A DNA stretch of 64,000 nt from Pseudomonadota bacterium (GCA_024229515.1 JAAESI010000071.1:4023-68022); one strand, 5' to 3'. Positions 9,460 through 20,840 are shown, counted from the first letter of the stretch. Numbers and translations are program-made. The notes: a model not told the origin generated them from the sequence alone.

Positions 9460-12051
9460 TCAGGCGCTCAACGACTCCTTCGTGGTCGCCGTGAAGGTGA
9501 AGGTCTCCTCCTTCACGCCGACCGTGATGTGGCTCCCCTCGCCGAACTTGCCGTCCAGCAGGGCGAGGCTCAGCGGGTCCTTGAAGTTCCGCAGAATCGC
9601 CCGCTTGAGCGGCCGCGCGCCGTAGGCGGGATCGAACCCGAGGTCGCCGATGAGCTGGGTCGCCGGCTCGTCCAGTTCGATGGTGATCTCCCGCTTGGCG
9701 AGCAGGCCCCGCAGGTAGCCCATCTGGATGTCGACGATGCGGCCGATGTCGGCGCGGGTCAGCGGGTTGAACACGACGATGTCGTCGATGCGGTTGAGGA
9801 ACTCCGGGCGGAACCCCTCGCGGAGCGCCGCCATGGCGACCTCGTGCATCTTCTTCCGGTTGCCGGCGTTCTCCATGATCGCGTGGGCGCCGGCGTTGCT
9901 CGTCATGATCACGACGGTGTTGCGGAAGTCGACGGTCTTGCCGTGGCTGTCCGTCAGGCGGCCGTCGTCCAGCATCTGCAGGAGGATGTTGAACACGTCC
10001 CCGTGCGCCTTCTCGATCTCGTCGAAGAGCACGACCGAGTAGGGCCGGGTGGCGACCGCGTTGGTCAGCACGCCGCCCTCGTCGTACCCGACGTAGCCGG
10101 GAGGCGCTCCGATGAGGCGGGCCACGGAGTGCTTCTCCATGAACTCCGACATGTCGATGCGCACCACCGCGGTCTCGTCGTCGAAGAGGAACTCCGCGAG
10201 CGCCTTGGCGGTCTCGGTCTTTCCGACGCCGGTGGGCCCCAGGAAGATGAACGAGCCGATGGGGCGGGACTCCTCCTGCAGGCCGGCGCGGGCCCGGCGG
10301 ACGGCCGAGGAGACGAGCTCCAGGGCGGGGTCCTGGCCGACGACGCGCTTGCGGAGCACGTCCTCCATGCGGCGCAGCTTCTCGATCTCCGACTCCCTGA
10401 GCCGGCTGACCGGGATGCCCGTCCACTTGGCGATGACCGCCGCGATCTCCTCCTCGGTGACTTCCTCGACGATCAGGCTGCCTTCGCCCTTGTTCTTGAG
10501 GACCGCCTCGGCCTCCTCGAGGGCCTTCTCCAGGTCCGGGATGGCGCCGTACTTGAGCTCGGCGGCCTTGGTCAGGTCGCTGTCGCGCTCGGCTCGCTCC
10601 ATCGCGCCACGGGCGGCGTTGAGCTCGGCCTTGAGGCCCTGGAGGCCGGCGAGGCTCTCCTTCTCCGCAGTCCAGCGCGTCTTGAGCGCGACGGACTCTT
10701 CGGTGAGGTTCGCCAGCTCCCCGTCGATCGCGCCCACCCGCTCCTTGCTCTGCCGGTCCCGCTCCTTGCGGAGGGCCTGCTTCTCGATCTGGAGCGTGCG
10801 GATCTTCCGATCCAGCACGTCGATCTCCTCCGGCATGGAGTCGACCTGCATGCGGACCGCCGAGGCGGCCTCGTCCATCAGGTCGATCGCCTTGTCGGGG
10901 AGGAAGCGGTCGGAGATGTACCGGTGGGACAGCCGGGCCGCGGCGATGAGGGCGGCGTCGCGGATCTGCACCCCGTGGTGCTCCTCGTAGACGTCCTTGA
11001 GGCCGCGCAGGATGGCGACGGTGTTCTCGACGCTGGGCTCGGAAATGAAGACCTTGGCGAAGCGCCGCTCCAGTGCGGAGTCCTTCTCGATGTGCTTGCG
11101 GTACTCGTTCAGGGTCGTCGCCCCGACGCACCGCAACTCGCCCCGGGCGAGCGCCGGCTTGAGCATGTTGGAGGCGTCCATCGACCCCTCCGTCTTGCCC
11201 GCTCCGATGATGTTGTGGAGCTCGTCGATGAACAGGATGATCTCGCCGTCGGAGTCCTGCACCTCCTTGAGCACGGCCTTGAGCCGCTCTTCGAACTCGC
11301 CTCGGAACTTGGCGCCCGCGACCATCGAGCTCATGTCCAGCGCGATGACCCGGCGGTCCTTGAGGTTCTCCGGCACGTCGCCGGCGACGATCCGGTTGGC
11401 GAGCCCCTCGGCCATCGCGGTCTTGCCGACGCCGGGCTCGCCCACGAGCACGGGGTTGTTCTTCGTGCGCCGGGACAGGATCTGCATGATCCGGCGGACC
11501 TCTTCCTCGCGTCCGATGACGGGGTCGAGCTTGCCCTGGCGGGCCATGTCGGTGAGGTCGCGTCCGTACTTCTCCAGCGCCTGGAACTTGCCCTCGGGTT
11601 CCTGATCGGTGACCCGGTGGGATCCGCGCACCGACTGCAGCGCCTGGAGCACCGCGTCGCGGGTCAGGGAGACCGAAGCGAGCGCCTTGCCGGCGTCCCG
11701 CTTGTCGCTGGTGGTGGCCAGCAGCAGGTGTTCGGTGGAGACGTAGTCGTCCTTGAGCTTGCCCGCCTCCTTGAGGCCCAGATCCACCAGCTTGTGGAGC
11801 CGGTCGCTGACGAACGGACGCCCGCCGTCGACCTTCGGTCGCCGCTGGATCGACTCCTTCAGGGCGTTGTCCAGCGCGGAGGCGTCGGCGCCGACCTTGG
11901 CCACGATCGCGGGGACGACGCCGCCCTCCTGGTGCAGCAACGCCAGCATCACGTGCTCGACATCGACCTCTTGCTGGCCGTTGTCGGACGCGATCTGCTG
12001 CCCGGTGGCGAGGGCCTCCTGGCTCTTGACGGTCAGCTTGTCGCTTCGCAT
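9460..12051 (-). CDS. clpB: ATP-dependent chaperone ClpB
   Basis: Two AAA+ modules (GEPGVGKTA and GPTGVGKTE), a coiled-coil middle domain and the ClpB N-domain. Confidence 0.97.
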   Translation of the reverse strand: MRSDKLTVKSQEALATGQQIASDNGQQEVDVEHVMLALLHQEGGVVPAIVAKVGADASALDNALKESIQRRPKVDGGRPFVSDRLHKLVDLGLKEAGKLKDDYVSTEHLLLATTSDKRDAGKALASVSLTRDAVLQALQSVRGSHRVTDQEPEGKFQALEKYGRDLTDMARQGKLDPVIGREEEVRRIMQILSRRTKNNPVLVGEPGVGKTAMAEGLANRIVAGDVPENLKDRRVIALDMSSMVAGAKFRGEFEERLKAVLKEVQDSDGEIILFIDELHNIIGAGKTEGSMDASNMLKPALARGELRCVGATTLNEYRKHIEKDSALERRFAKVFISEPSVENTVAILRGLKDVYEEHHGVQIRDAALIAAARLSHRYISDRFLPDKAIDLMDEAASAVRMQVDSMPEEIDVLDRKIRTLQIEKQALRKERDRQSKERVGAIDGELANLTEESVALKTRWTAEKESLAGLQGLKAELNAARGAMERAERDSDLTKAAELKYGAIPDLEKALEEAEAVLKNKGEGSLIVEEVTEEEIAAVIAKWTGIPVSRLRESEIEKLRRMEDVLRKRVVGQDPALELVSSAVRRARAGLQEESRPIGSFIFLGPTGVGKTETAKALAEFLFDDETAVVRIDMSEFMEKHSVARLIGAPPGYVGYDEGGVLTNAVATRPYSVVLFDEIEKAHGDVFNILLQMLDDGRLTDSHGKTVDFRNTVVIMTSNAGAHAIMENAGNRKKMHEVAMAALREGFRPEFLNRIDDIVVFNPLTRADIGRIVDIQMGYLRGLLAKREITIELDEPATQLIGDLGFDPAYGARPLKRAILRNFKDPLSLALLDGKFGEGSHITVGVKEETFTFTATTKESLSA

Positions 12052-12052
12052 C

Positions 12053-12319
12053 TCAACACTCCTTCTTGGTGGCGTGGACGAAGCGGGTCCGCAGGTCCGT
12101 GAGCAGGTTGTTCAGGAGTTTGAGCTCCTTATCATCCAGGTTGCCGCGGGTCTTGTGCTCCAGCAGCGCGAGCAGATCGATCGTCTGCCGGGCCCCGGCC
12201 AGGTCGGGACACGGGTCGCCTCCCTGGGTCGGATCCGGGGCCTCGCCGAGCTGCACGAGCGCGGAGGTCCCCAGGCTGAGGAGGAAGGTGCTGAAGTCCA
12301 GAGGGCGGTGTTCGGTCAC
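12053..12319 (-). CDS. DUF1844 family protein
   Basis: N-terminal [19 protein letters not shown], typical of DUF1844. Ends 2 bp upstream of clpB. Confidence 0.7.
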   Translation of the reverse strand: MTEHRPLDFSTFLLSLGTSALVQLGEAPDPTQGGDPCPDLAGARQTIDLLALLEHKTRGNLDDKELKLLNNLLTDLRTRFVHATKKEC

Positions 12320-12444
12320 GCGGTCATCCTCGACGGAAGGGAACGGTCAGCTCCGGGTTTGGAGGACCCTAAGGAGCGCCCTGCACGTGTCAAACCGCGG
12401 CTGCAGGGGTACGAAGCTTGCCCAGGGGACCCGAGGTCTGCAAG

Positions 12445-13335
12445 ATGCGCCGCGCGATGGCTTTGCGACTCATCATGATCACGCTCACGTTGCTGGTGGC
12501 GGCGCCGGTTCTGGCGCAGAGCCCGCCGCAGGTGCGTGTGCCCCCTGCGCCCGAGGGCCGCGTCCGCGCCCCCGAGGATCCGGAGACCCTCTACAACCAG
12601 GGCCTGCGGCAGATGAAGCGCGGGTACTACGACGAGGCGATCATCACCTTCGAGCGGGTGCGGAACCACTTCCCGTTCAACCAGTACTCGGTGCTGTCGG
12701 AGCTCAAGGTCGCCGACTGTCTGTACGAGAAGTCGTCCTACATCGAGGCGGTGGACGCCTACCGCGGCTTCGCCCGGCTGCACCCCCGCCACCCCGACAC
12801 CGACTACGTCGTCTACCGAACGGCGCGGGCCGAGTTCAAGCTCGCGCCGACGATCGCGCAGCGCGATCAGACTCACAGCCGCCGCGGCCTCCGCCGCCTC
12901 GAGGGCTTCGAGGAGCGCTTCCCCGAGTCCGAGTACACGCCCGAGGTGACACGCCTGCGGGGCAAGGTGGAGAAGCGCCTGTCCGGCGCGGCCATCCAGA
13001 TCGGGAACTTCTACTGGAAGGGCAAGGAGTGGAGGGCGGCCGAGCGCCGCTACCGCCTCGCCATCGAGGAGTACCCCCACTCACCGCTGGTGGCGCGCTC
13101 CCAGTACCGCCGCGGCGTCTGCATGATGAAGATGGCCGAGGAGGAGACGGACCCGGATCTCGCCGCGGCGCAGCGCGATGAAGCAGCCGTGATCTTCGGC
13201 ATCGTGCTGACGAACTTCGCCGACACCCGCTGGGCCGACCGAGCCCGCAAGCAGCTTCAGAACGACGAGCCGTCGGGTCCCTCGAAGGACACCACCGGCA
13301 GCGACGTCGGCGAGAGCCCCAACACCAGCTCCTGA
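12445..13335 (+). CDS. bamD: Outer membrane protein assembly factor BamD
   Basis: Signal peptide followed by a TPR-like BamD/YfiO fold (LYNQGLRQMKRGYYDEAIITFERV...). Confidence 0.8.
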   Translation: MRRAMALRLIMITLTLLVAAPVLAQSPPQVRVPPAPEGRVRAPEDPETLYNQGLRQMKRGYYDEAIITFERVRNHFPFNQYSVLSELKVADCLYEKSSYIEAVDAYRGFARLHPRHPDTDYVVYRTARAEFKLAPTIAQRDQTHSRRGLRRLEGFEERFPESEYTPEVTRLRGKVEKRLSGAAIQIGNFYWKGKEWRAAERRYRLAIEEYPHSPLVARSQYRRGVCMMKMAEEETDPDLAAAQRDEAAVIFGIVLTNFADTRWADRARKQLQNDEPSGPSKDTTGSDVGESPNTSS

Positions 13336-14282
13336 CGCATGCCGCGGGCGTCCCCTCCGACCTGGTAGGGGACCTCGTCGTCGTACCGCACGTAGACGGT
13401 CTGCACCACGAAGTCGTACAGCCGCTCGTCCTCGTACGTGCCCATCCAGATGTTCGGCAGCTGGTTGACCACCTTGGGGATGCTCAGGGCGCTGACGCGC
13501 AGGTGGAAGTGGCTGGGCAGCAGCTCGGCGTGGGGGAGCATGCGCATCGCGTAGCCGTAGTACGGCGTGGTCCCGAACGCGGTCATGTGCGCGGGGCCCT
13601 GGTACAGCACCTCGCCAGGGCCGTAGACCCGTCCGATCCGCTCCCCCAGCTTGTCGACCCGCCAGGCTTCGCCCTCGAGCACCTCGACGTGCACCCGGGG
13701 GGGCGCCCGCTGCACGGTGAGGCGGGGGACCGTGCGCCCGAACGCGGCCGCGAAGTACGTCGGCAGGTGGTACGGCTTCGCCTCGAAGGGCGTGCCCTTG
13801 AGGTGCTGCTTGACCCACTTGTAGTCGTTGAGGATCGCCGCGTCCCAGCCCATGCCGGCGAACGGGAAGGACTCATCCTCGGCCCGCACGAACCGCAGCT
13901 CGCGGGGGCGGTAGGCCTCGCCGTCGTGCCACGCGGCCAGGTCCAGCGGGATGGGCCGCGCCGCCACCCAGGTGGCGAGGGCGTTGCCGGTGCCGAGCTT
14001 GAGGATCCCCAGCTGGGGGGAGTTCTCGTACAGCAGGAGGCGGTTGCACAGATCGATGATCGTGCCGTCGCCGCCCCCGGCGAAGAGGGTGTCGATGTTG
14101 GACTCGATCGCGGCCTCGACGGCGTCCTCCGCCTCCTCCATCGAACGGGTCCAGAAGATCGTGGCGTCGGGGCAGGCGCGGGCAATGGCGCGGGCGGTGC
14201 TTCGGCGCACCCGCCCGGCGTTGGCGTTGAGCATCACTCCGGTGCGCCCCGCGGGGACGCGGTAGTCGGCCGGCTCGGTCAC
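13257..14282 (-). CDS. Diacylglycerol kinase-like lipid kinase (YegS/BmrU family)
   Basis: DAGK catalytic domain with a GGDGT motif. The 3' end overlaps the bamD 3' end by 79 bp, convergently. Confidence 0.8.
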   Translation of the reverse strand: MTEPADYRVPAGRTGVMLNANAGRVRRSTARAIARACPDATIFWTRSMEEAEDAVEAAIESNIDTLFAGGGDGTIIDLCNRLLLYENSPQLGILKLGTGNALATWVAARPIPLDLAAWHDGEAYRPRELRFVRAEDESFPFAGMGWDAAILNDYKWVKQHLKGTPFEAKPYHLPTYFAAAFGRTVPRLTVQRAPPRVHVEVLEGEAWRVDKLGERIGRVYGPGEVLYQGPAHMTAFGTTPYYGYAMRMLPHAELLPSHFHLRVSALSIPKVVNQLPNIWMGTYEDERLYDFVVQTVYVRYDDEVPYQVGGDARGMRQELVLGLSPTSLPVVSFEGPDGSSF

Positions 14283-15829
14283 GACAACACGAGCAGATCG
14301 ATGATCTCCGACAGCTGGAAGGGCTTGCCCACGAACTTCGCCTTGTCCTTGCTCAGGTCCTCGGCCTCGGCTTCTGTGGGGGGCAGGCCCGAGGTGGCGA
14401 TGATCTTGAGCCTCGGGTCCGCTTCCCGCATCAGCGGGATCGCCTCGGTGCCGTCGCCCCCGGGCATGCGGAGGTCGACGACGGCGCCGTGGAACCGCCG
14501 TCCCGCCTCCATCGCTTCGCGGATCACCTCCACCGCGTGGCGACCGTTGGCGACGGTCTCCACGGTGGCGCCCCGTCCGGTGAGGGCCGTGTCCAAGAGG
14601 AGGCGGAGCGACGCCTCGTCATCGGTGACGAGGATGCGTTTGTCCTTCAGCGGCGGGCGGTTCAAGTCGAAGATGTAGGACGGAACCGACAGCGCCTTGG
14701 TCGGCTCATCGTTGTCGACCGGGCCGGGGTACATCGGCAGGAGGATCTCGAACACCGCGCCCCGGTCGGGGAGATCGCCGATCGTGATCAGGCCTCCGTG
14801 GTCGGTGACCGCGCGATGCACCACCGCCAGCCCCATGCCGGTCCCCCGGTCGGGGGACTTGGTGGAGAAGAACGGTTCGAACAGCCGGTCTCGGACCTCC
14901 GGTGGGATCCCGGGTCCGTCGTCGCTGACCCGCAAGCGGGCGTGGTAGCGGCCGACCCAATCCTGCGACCGGTTGAACTCGATGTCGGCGACGACGGCGA
15001 GCTCGAGGAAGAGCTGCCCCCGGCCGCCCATGGCGTCGCGGGCGTTCACGCCGAGGTTGAACATCGCCTGCAGCAACGCGGTGCGATCGCCGACCACGGC
15101 GACGGCAGCGCCGGGTACGTCCAGCGTGACGCGGATCTCCTTGCCGAAGGAGTGCCGCAGCAGGTCCGCCGCCTGGCGCACCGGTGTGTTCAGGTCCAGG
15201 GGCTCGAAGCGCTCAGCCTCGGGGCGAGCGGCCCGGAGCAGCTGGCGGGTGACGTCGGTGGAGCGGCGGATCATGCCGTCCAGCGCTCCCAAGAGGATGG
15301 GGTCGGCTTCGGCGCCGGAGCGCAGCAGCTCCAGGGTGCCTCCGAGGGCGGTGAGCAGGTTGTTGAGGTCGTGGATGACGCCGGTGGTGGCGACTCCGAT
15401 GAACTCCATGCGCTGCGCCGACAGCAGGCGTCCCGCCAGCGCGCCGTCCTCCCCGAGGTCCTGAATTGCGAGCCACACGCCCTGGCGTACGCCCGCTTCG
15501 TCGTCGATGGGGCCGGCGTTGACGGACAGGCTGACCCGCTTGCCCCGCAGGGTCGTCAGGTCGGCGACGACGTTGCGCAGCTCGCGACCGTCGAGCACCT
15601 GCTTGAGGATGGGCAGCAGCCCGGCGTCATCGACGTTGGGGAGCTCGGCGACGTTGCGCCCCATGGCCAGGGAGTCCTGACCGGGTTCCCCCAGGATCGA
15701 TTGAGCTTCGGCGTTCTGCCAGATCATGACGCCGTCGGCGTCGAGCACGATCAGCCCGCACGGGAGCCCGTCCGCGGCCACACCGCAGAGCAGGTTCATC
15801 AACGGATGATCCGGCGCGTCCATCCCCAT
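14279..15829 (-). CDS. Hybrid sensor histidine kinase/response regulator (PAS-HisKA-HATPase-REC)
   Basis: H-box HDLNNLL, G-boxes, and a C-terminal receiver domain (ILVTDDE...DLRMPGGDG). The stop overlaps the lipid kinase start by 4 bp. Confidence 0.85.
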   Translation of the reverse strand: MGMDAPDHPLMNLLCGVAADGLPCGLIVLDADGVMIWQNAEAQSILGEPGQDSLAMGRNVAELPNVDDAGLLPILKQVLDGRELRNVVADLTTLRGKRVSLSVNAGPIDDEAGVRQGVWLAIQDLGEDGALAGRLLSAQRMEFIGVATTGVIHDLNNLLTALGGTLELLRSGAEADPILLGALDGMIRRSTDVTRQLLRAARPEAERFEPLDLNTPVRQAADLLRHSFGKEIRVTLDVPGAAVAVVGDRTALLQAMFNLGVNARDAMGGRGQLFLELAVVADIEFNRSQDWVGRYHARLRVSDDGPGIPPEVRDRLFEPFFSTKSPDRGTGMGLAVVHRAVTDHGGLITIGDLPDRGAVFEILLPMYPGPVDNDEPTKALSVPSYIFDLNRPPLKDKRILVTDDEASLRLLLDTALTGRGATVETVANGRHAVEVIREAMEAGRRFHGAVVDLRMPGGDGTEAIPLMREADPRLKIIATSGLPPTEAEAEDLSKDKAKFVGKPFQLSEIIDLLVLS

Positions 15830-15862
15830 GGATCCCCTGCGCCCCCCCTCCCGGAGCCTACC

Positions 15863-18511
15863 TCATGCGAGGGCGGCGCCTACGAGTTCGTAGCTTCGGT
15901 CGATGGCGGCGCCCAGCTGTCCCGGCTCGCGGCCGCCGGCCTGGGCCATGTCCGGGCGTCCGCCTCCGCGTCCGCCCACGATGGGGGCGAGCTCCTTGAC
16001 GAGGTCGCCCGCGGAGACGCGGCTGGTCAGGTCCTTGCTGACCTTCACCAGCAGGCTGACCTTGCCCCCGTCCCGGCTTCCGAGCACGACGATGCCGCTG
16101 CCGAGCTTGTCCAGGAGCAGGTCGGCGTGGCCGCGCAGCTCCTTGCCGGAGGCGCCCTCGACCTCGGTCGCGAGCACCTTCACGCCGGCGACATCGCGCG
16201 CCTCCGGGCCCCCGCCCGCGCCGCCGCCGGCGACGAGCTTCTGCTTGAGCTGCTCGATCTCCTTGCGGAGGGCCTTCTGGTCCTCGAGGAGCTTGCCCAC
16301 CTTGGCGACGCTCTCGTCGCCCTTGCTGCGGAGCTGGGAGCCGATCGCCTTGGCCTGCGACTCCAGCCCGCGGAGGTAGCCGAACGCTCCGCGTCCGGTC
16401 AGCGCCTCGACGCGACGCACGCCCGCGGCGATGCCGCCCTCGTGCACGAGCTTGAGCTGGCCGATCTCACCGGTGGCCGCCACATGCGTGCCGCCGCACA
16501 ACTCGACGGAGAAGCCGGGGACCTCGACCACCCGCACGACGTCGCCGTACTTCTCGCCGAACAACGCCATGGCGCCGCGGGCCTGAGCCTCCGCGATGGT
16601 GGACTCGGCCACGTCCAGGGGCGTGTTGGCGAGGATCTGCTCGTTGACCAGGTCCTCGATGTCGCGCACGGCCGAGTCCGGGATCGCCTCGAAGTGGGAG
16701 AAGTCGAAGCGGAGCTTCTCGCCGTCGACCAGCGAACCCTTCTGCGTCACGTGGGTGCCCAGCAGGGAGCGGAGCGCGGCGTGGAGCAGGTGGGTCGCGG
16801 TGTGGTTCCGCATGATGTCGCCGCGGCGGCTCGCATCGACGGTCAAGTCGACGGTCTCGCCGACCCGGATCGCGCCTTCGGCCACGGTCCCGCGGTGCAC
16901 GATGAGGGGCCCCGCGGGCTTGACGCAGTCGGTGACGCGGACGAGCCCGTCAGCCCCCGCGATGACGCCGTGATCGCCGACCTGCCCGCCGGACTCGGCG
17001 TAGAACGGGGTCTCGGCGACGATGACCTCGACGTCGGTGCCCGCTTCGGCCGACTCGACGCTCGCGCCGCCCACGACGAGGCCGAGGACCTCGCTGCGAC
17101 CGACGGTGCCGCCGTAGCCGACGAACGCGCTGCCGGCGCACTCGCCGAAGCCGAGGTAGACGCTGCCGACCTCTTCCTGGCCGGTGCCCTTCCACGCGGC
17201 GCGGCTGCGCTCACGCTGCTGCTTCATGGAGGCCTCGTAGCCGACCATGTCGACGCCAAGGCCGCGCTCGCCGGCGATGATCTGGGTCAGGTCGGGGGGG
17301 AACCCGAAGGTGTCGTGGAGCGTGAAGGTGACCTCTCCGCCGAGCACGCCGCCCTCGCCGAGGCCGGCGAACTGCTCGTCCAGGAGGGCGAGGCCGCGGT
17401 CGAGGGTCTCGCGGAAGGTGGTCTCCTCGTTGAGCACGACCTTGTGGATGAACTCGCGGCGGTCGGTCAGTTCGGCGTAGCTCGCCTGCATCATGTCGAC
17501 CACGAGGTCGGCGCAGGTGTGCAGGAACGGCTCGTTGATGCCGAGCTTCACGCCGTAGCGGATGGCGCGCCTCATGATGCGGCGGAGCACGTAGCCGCGG
17601 CCTTCGTTGCTGGGCATGACGCCGTCGGCGACGAGGAACGCGGAGGCCCGCGCGTGGTCGGCGATGACCCGGAGGCTCTGGTTGGTCGGCTCGTCGGGGC
17701 CGTAGGTGACGCCTGCGATGCCCGCGGCGCGCTGGATGATCGCCTGGAGCTCGTCGATCTCCCAGTTGCTCTTGTGGCCCTGCTTGATGGCGGCGAGCCG
17801 CTCCAGCCCCATGCCGGTGTCGACCGACGGACGGGGCAGATCGCGCTGCTGGATGGTCCCGTTCTCGTCCTTGTACCGCTCGTACTGCATGAAGACGTTG
17901 TTCCAGATCTCCATGTAGCGGCCCGCGTCGTGCCCATAGCCCCAGGGGTCGGGCTCGTTGTCGAGCACGAAGTCGCTCTGCAGATCCCAGTGGATCTCGG
18001 TGCAGGGGCCGCAAGGGCCGGTCGGTCCCATGGACCAGAAGTTGTCCTTCTCGCCGCACCGGCCGATGCGGTTGTCCGGCACGCCCTGGGCACGCCACAG
18101 GTCGTAGGACTCATCGTCGTCGTTGTAGATCGTGATGAGGAGCCGGTCGGCGGGGAGCCCCATCTCGACGGTCAGGAACTCCCACGCGTACGCGATCGCT
18201 TCCTTCTTGAAGTAGTCGCCGAAGCTGAAGTTGCCGAGCATCTCGAACAGCGTGTGGTGCCGCGCGGTGAAGCCGACGTTCTCCAGGTCGTTGTGCTTGC
18301 CGCTGACGCGCATGCACTTCTGCACGGTCGTAGCCCGGCTGTACGGCCGCTGCTCCTTGCCCACGAACACGTCCTTGAACTGGACCATGCCGGCGTTGAC
18401 GAAGAACAGCGTGGGGTCGTTGCTCGGCACGACGGAAGAGCTGGGCACGATGGTGTGCTGGCGGGCCTCGAAGAACTCGAGGAAGCGGGTGCGGATGTGG
18501 GCGACCTTCAT
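15863..18511 (-). CDS. alaS: Alanine--tRNA ligase
   Basis: Class II aaRS motifs, an editing domain and the C-terminal DHHA1 domain characteristic of AlaRS. Confidence 0.97.
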   Translation of the reverse strand: MKVAHIRTRFLEFFEARQHTIVPSSSVVPSNDPTLFFVNAGMVQFKDVFVGKEQRPYSRATTVQKCMRVSGKHNDLENVGFTARHHTLFEMLGNFSFGDYFKKEAIAYAWEFLTVEMGLPADRLLITIYNDDDESYDLWRAQGVPDNRIGRCGEKDNFWSMGPTGPCGPCTEIHWDLQSDFVLDNEPDPWGYGHDAGRYMEIWNNVFMQYERYKDENGTIQQRDLPRPSVDTGMGLERLAAIKQGHKSNWEIDELQAIIQRAAGIAGVTYGPDEPTNQSLRVIADHARASAFLVADGVMPSNEGRGYVLRRIMRRAIRYGVKLGINEPFLHTCADLVVDMMQASYAELTDRREFIHKVVLNEETTFRETLDRGLALLDEQFAGLGEGGVLGGEVTFTLHDTFGFPPDLTQIIAGERGLGVDMVGYEASMKQQRERSRAAWKGTGQEEVGSVYLGFGECAGSAFVGYGGTVGRSEVLGLVVGGASVESAEAGTDVEVIVAETPFYAESGGQVGDHGVIAGADGLVRVTDCVKPAGPLIVHRGTVAEGAIRVGETVDLTVDASRRGDIMRNHTATHLLHAALRSLLGTHVTQKGSLVDGEKLRFDFSHFEAIPDSAVRDIEDLVNEQILANTPLDVAESTIAEAQARGAMALFGEKYGDVVRVVEVPGFSVELCGGTHVAATGEIGQLKLVHEGGIAAGVRRVEALTGRGAFGYLRGLESQAKAIGSQLRSKGDESVAKVGKLLEDQKALRKEIEQLKQKLVAGGGAGGGPEARDVAGVKVLATEVEGASGKELRGHADLLLDKLGSGIVVLGSRDGGKVSLLVKVSKDLTSRVSAGDLVKELAPIVGGRGGGRPDMAQAGGREPGQLGAAIDRSYELVGAALA

Positions 18512-18559
18512 GAACTCTCCTGAGGGACGGCGGAGGATAGTCCTTCAGGGAGCGTTGGC

Positions 18560-19651
18560 CTACCCGAACTGGTCCGCGGAGCTGACCACCCCGGAAACCC
18601 GCAGCGCGAAGTCGTCCGGGTTGGACGCGAACTTGAGCGCGTCCTCGTAGCTGATGGCGCCGTCCTTGTAGTGCGAGTACAGCGACTGGTCGAACGTCTG
18701 GGTGCCGTAGGTGGAGTGGCCGCGCGCGAGGGCGTCGGTGATCTCCTTGGTCCGCTCCTTGGACTCGATGTACTCGCGGATCCGGCCCGTGTTCACCATC
18801 ACTTCCAGCGCGGGGACCCGGCCCTTGCCATCGGCGCGGGGGACCAGCCGCTGGCTGATGACGCCCTTGAGCACCGAGCCCAAGCGAAGGCGTACGCCGT
18901 CCTGGTGGTGGGGCGGGAACATGCTGACCATGCGGGTGATGGTCTCGGCGCAGTTCATGGTGTGCAGCGTCGACATGACCATGTGGCCCGTGTCCGCCGC
19001 CTCCAACGCGATCTCCATCGTCTCGATGTCGCGGATCTCACCGACCAGGATGACGTCGGGATCCTGGCGCAAAGCCGCTCGCAGGGAGTTGGCGTAGTTC
19101 AGCGTGTCGGTGCCGACCTCCCGCTGCGTGATCACGCAGCGCTTGTCGCGGTGCATGAACTCGATCGGGTCCTCGATGGTGAGGATGTGCCCCGACCGCG
19201 TGCTGTTGATCATGTCGATCATCGCCGCCAGGGTCGTCGACTTGCCCGAGCCGGTGGTGCCCGTGACGACCACCATGCCGCGGTGCTCCTGGCAGATGTT
19301 CTCCAGCACCTTGGGGAGGTTGAGCTCCTCGAAGCCCATGATCTTGCTGCTGATGGTCCGCAGCACGAGGCCCAGCGTCATGCGCTGCCGGAAGATGTTG
19401 ACCCGGAAGCGGCCCAGCCCACGCACGCCGTAGGCCATGTCCAGCTCCATGGTCTCGGCGAACTTCTCCTTCTGCGCCTTGTTCATCATCGACGCAGCGA
19501 ACTGCGCGGTGTGCTCAGGCGTCAGCCGGTTGTATTCGCGGAGCGGCTGGAAGGAGCCCTGGATGCGGAGCATCGGGGGAATGCCGACGCGGAGGTGCAC
19601 ATCGGACGCGCCACGGGACATGGCGACTTTGAGGATGTCGTTGATTTCCAC
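18560..19651 (-). CDS. pilT: Type IV pilus twitching motility ATPase PilT
   Basis: Walker A GTTGSGKST, and full-length similarity pattern to PilT/PilU. Confidence 0.9.
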   Translation of the reverse strand: MEINDILKVAMSRGASDVHLRVGIPPMLRIQGSFQPLREYNRLTPEHTAQFAASMMNKAQKEKFAETMELDMAYGVRGLGRFRVNIFRQRMTLGLVLRTISSKIMGFEELNLPKVLENICQEHRGMVVVTGTTGSGKSTTLAAMIDMINSTRSGHILTIEDPIEFMHRDKRCVITQREVGTDTLNYANSLRAALRQDPDVILVGEIRDIETMEIALEAADTGHMVMSTLHTMNCAETITRMVSMFPPHHQDGVRLRLGSVLKGVISQRLVPRADGKGRVPALEVMVNTGRIREYIESKERTKEITDALARGHSTYGTQTFDQSLYSHYKDGAISYEDALKFASNPDDFALRVSGVVSSADQFG

Positions 19652-19699
19652 TTCGGTCCGCTCACGCCTCCGCCCGGCACCGAAGCGGTTCGAGGCGGC

Positions 19700-20773
19700 T
19701 TAGGCCTCGGCGACCGGTGCGCCCTCGATGGCGGCAGGGGTCTCGATGCCGATGCCGTGCTCAGCGAGCACCTGCGCCTCGATCGTTTCGGCCACCTCGG
19801 GGTTGTCTTCAAGGAACTGCCGGGCCTGCTCACGGCCCTGCCCGAGCCTTTCCTCCGCATAGGAATACCACGAGCCGCTCTTGCGAATCAGGCCCGACTC
19901 CGTCGCCATGTCGATCAGCTCACCGGTGTGAGAGACCCCCTGGCCGAAGAGGATGTCGAACTCGCATTTGCGGAACGGGGGGGCGACCTTGTTCTTGACG
20001 ATCTTGACCCGCGTGCGGTTGCCGATGATGTCCTGGCCCTGCTTGATGGAGCCGATGCGGCGGATGTCGATGCGGACCGAGCAGTAGAACTTGAGCGCGT
20101 TTCCGCCCGTGGTCGTCTCGGGGCTGCCGAACATGACGCCGATCTTCATGCGGAGCTGGTTGATGAAGATGACGATGGTCTGCGACTTGCTGACCAGCGC
20201 CGTCAGCTTCCGCATGGCCTGGCTCATGAGCCGGGCCTGGAGGCCGGGGAGGGAGTCGCCCATGTTCCCCTCGAGCTCGGCCTTGGGCACCAGGGCCGCG
20301 ACCGAGTCGATGACGATGACGTCGAGGGCGCCGCTGCGGACCAGCGTCTCGCAGATCTCGAGCGCCTGCTCGCCGGTGTCGGGCTGGCTGATGAGGAGGT
20401 CGTCGGTGCGGACCCCGAGCTTGCGGGCGTAGGTCACGTCCAGCGCGTGCTCCGCGTCGATGAACGCGGCGAGGCCGCCCTTCTTCTGCGCTTCCGCGAT
20501 GACCTGGAGGGTCATGGTCGTCTTGCCGGAGCTCTCCGGTCCGAAGATCTCGACGACGCGCCCGCGGGGCAGTCCACCAACCCCCAGAGCGATGTCCACG
20601 CCGAGCGAGCCGGTCGAGATGGCGTCCAGGTCCTGGTAGAGGTCCTCGGCATCTCCGAGGCGCATGATCGCGCCCTTGCCGTGATCTTTCTCAATGCTGG
20701 CGAGCGCGAGATCCAGCGCCTTCTGGCGGCTTGCTTCGGTCCTGGTCTGGGTCTTGCTCTTGCTCTTGCTCGT
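19700..20773 (-). CDS. recA: Recombinase RecA
   Basis: GPESSGKTT Walker A, then the L1/L2 loops. The start is taken at the MMTSK... Met pair at 20773/20770, verified on the nucleotide sequence. Confidence 0.95.
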   Translation of the reverse strand, partial: TSKSKSKTQTRTEASRQKALDLALASIEKDHGKGAIMRLGDAEDLYQDLDAISTGSLGVDIALGVGGLPRGRVVEIFGPESSGKTTMTLQVIAEAQKKGGLAAFIDAEHALDVTYARKLGVRTDDLLISQPDTGEQALEICETLVRSGALDVIVIDSVAALVPKAELEGNMGDSLPGLQARLMSQAMRKLTALVSKSQTIVIFINQLRMKIGVMFGSPETTTGGNALKFYCSVRIDIRRIGSIKQGQDIIGNRTRVKIVKNKVAPPFRKCEFDILFGQGVSHTGELIDMATESGLIRKSGSWYSYAEERLGQGREQARQFLEDNPEVAETIEAQVLAEHGIGIETPAAIEGAPVAEA

Positions 20774-20840
20774 CATCATCGGTGCCTCCGGGATCGCTTG
20801 ACGGGTGATCCCCGTCCGCTGCTGCTGCTTGCAGCCTAGG

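Noticed and set aside
9412-12102. 896-aa plus-strand ORF
   Set aside because: It is the antisense shadow of clpB, whose minus-strand translation is unmistakable.
14489-18523. 1344-aa plus-strand ORF
   Set aside because: It is antisense to the hybrid histidine kinase and alaS. Its composition is extreme in Gly, Ala, Val, Asp and Arg with no stops, purely because of GC bias.
18671-20839. 722-aa plus-strand ORF
   Set aside because: It is antisense to pilT and recA.
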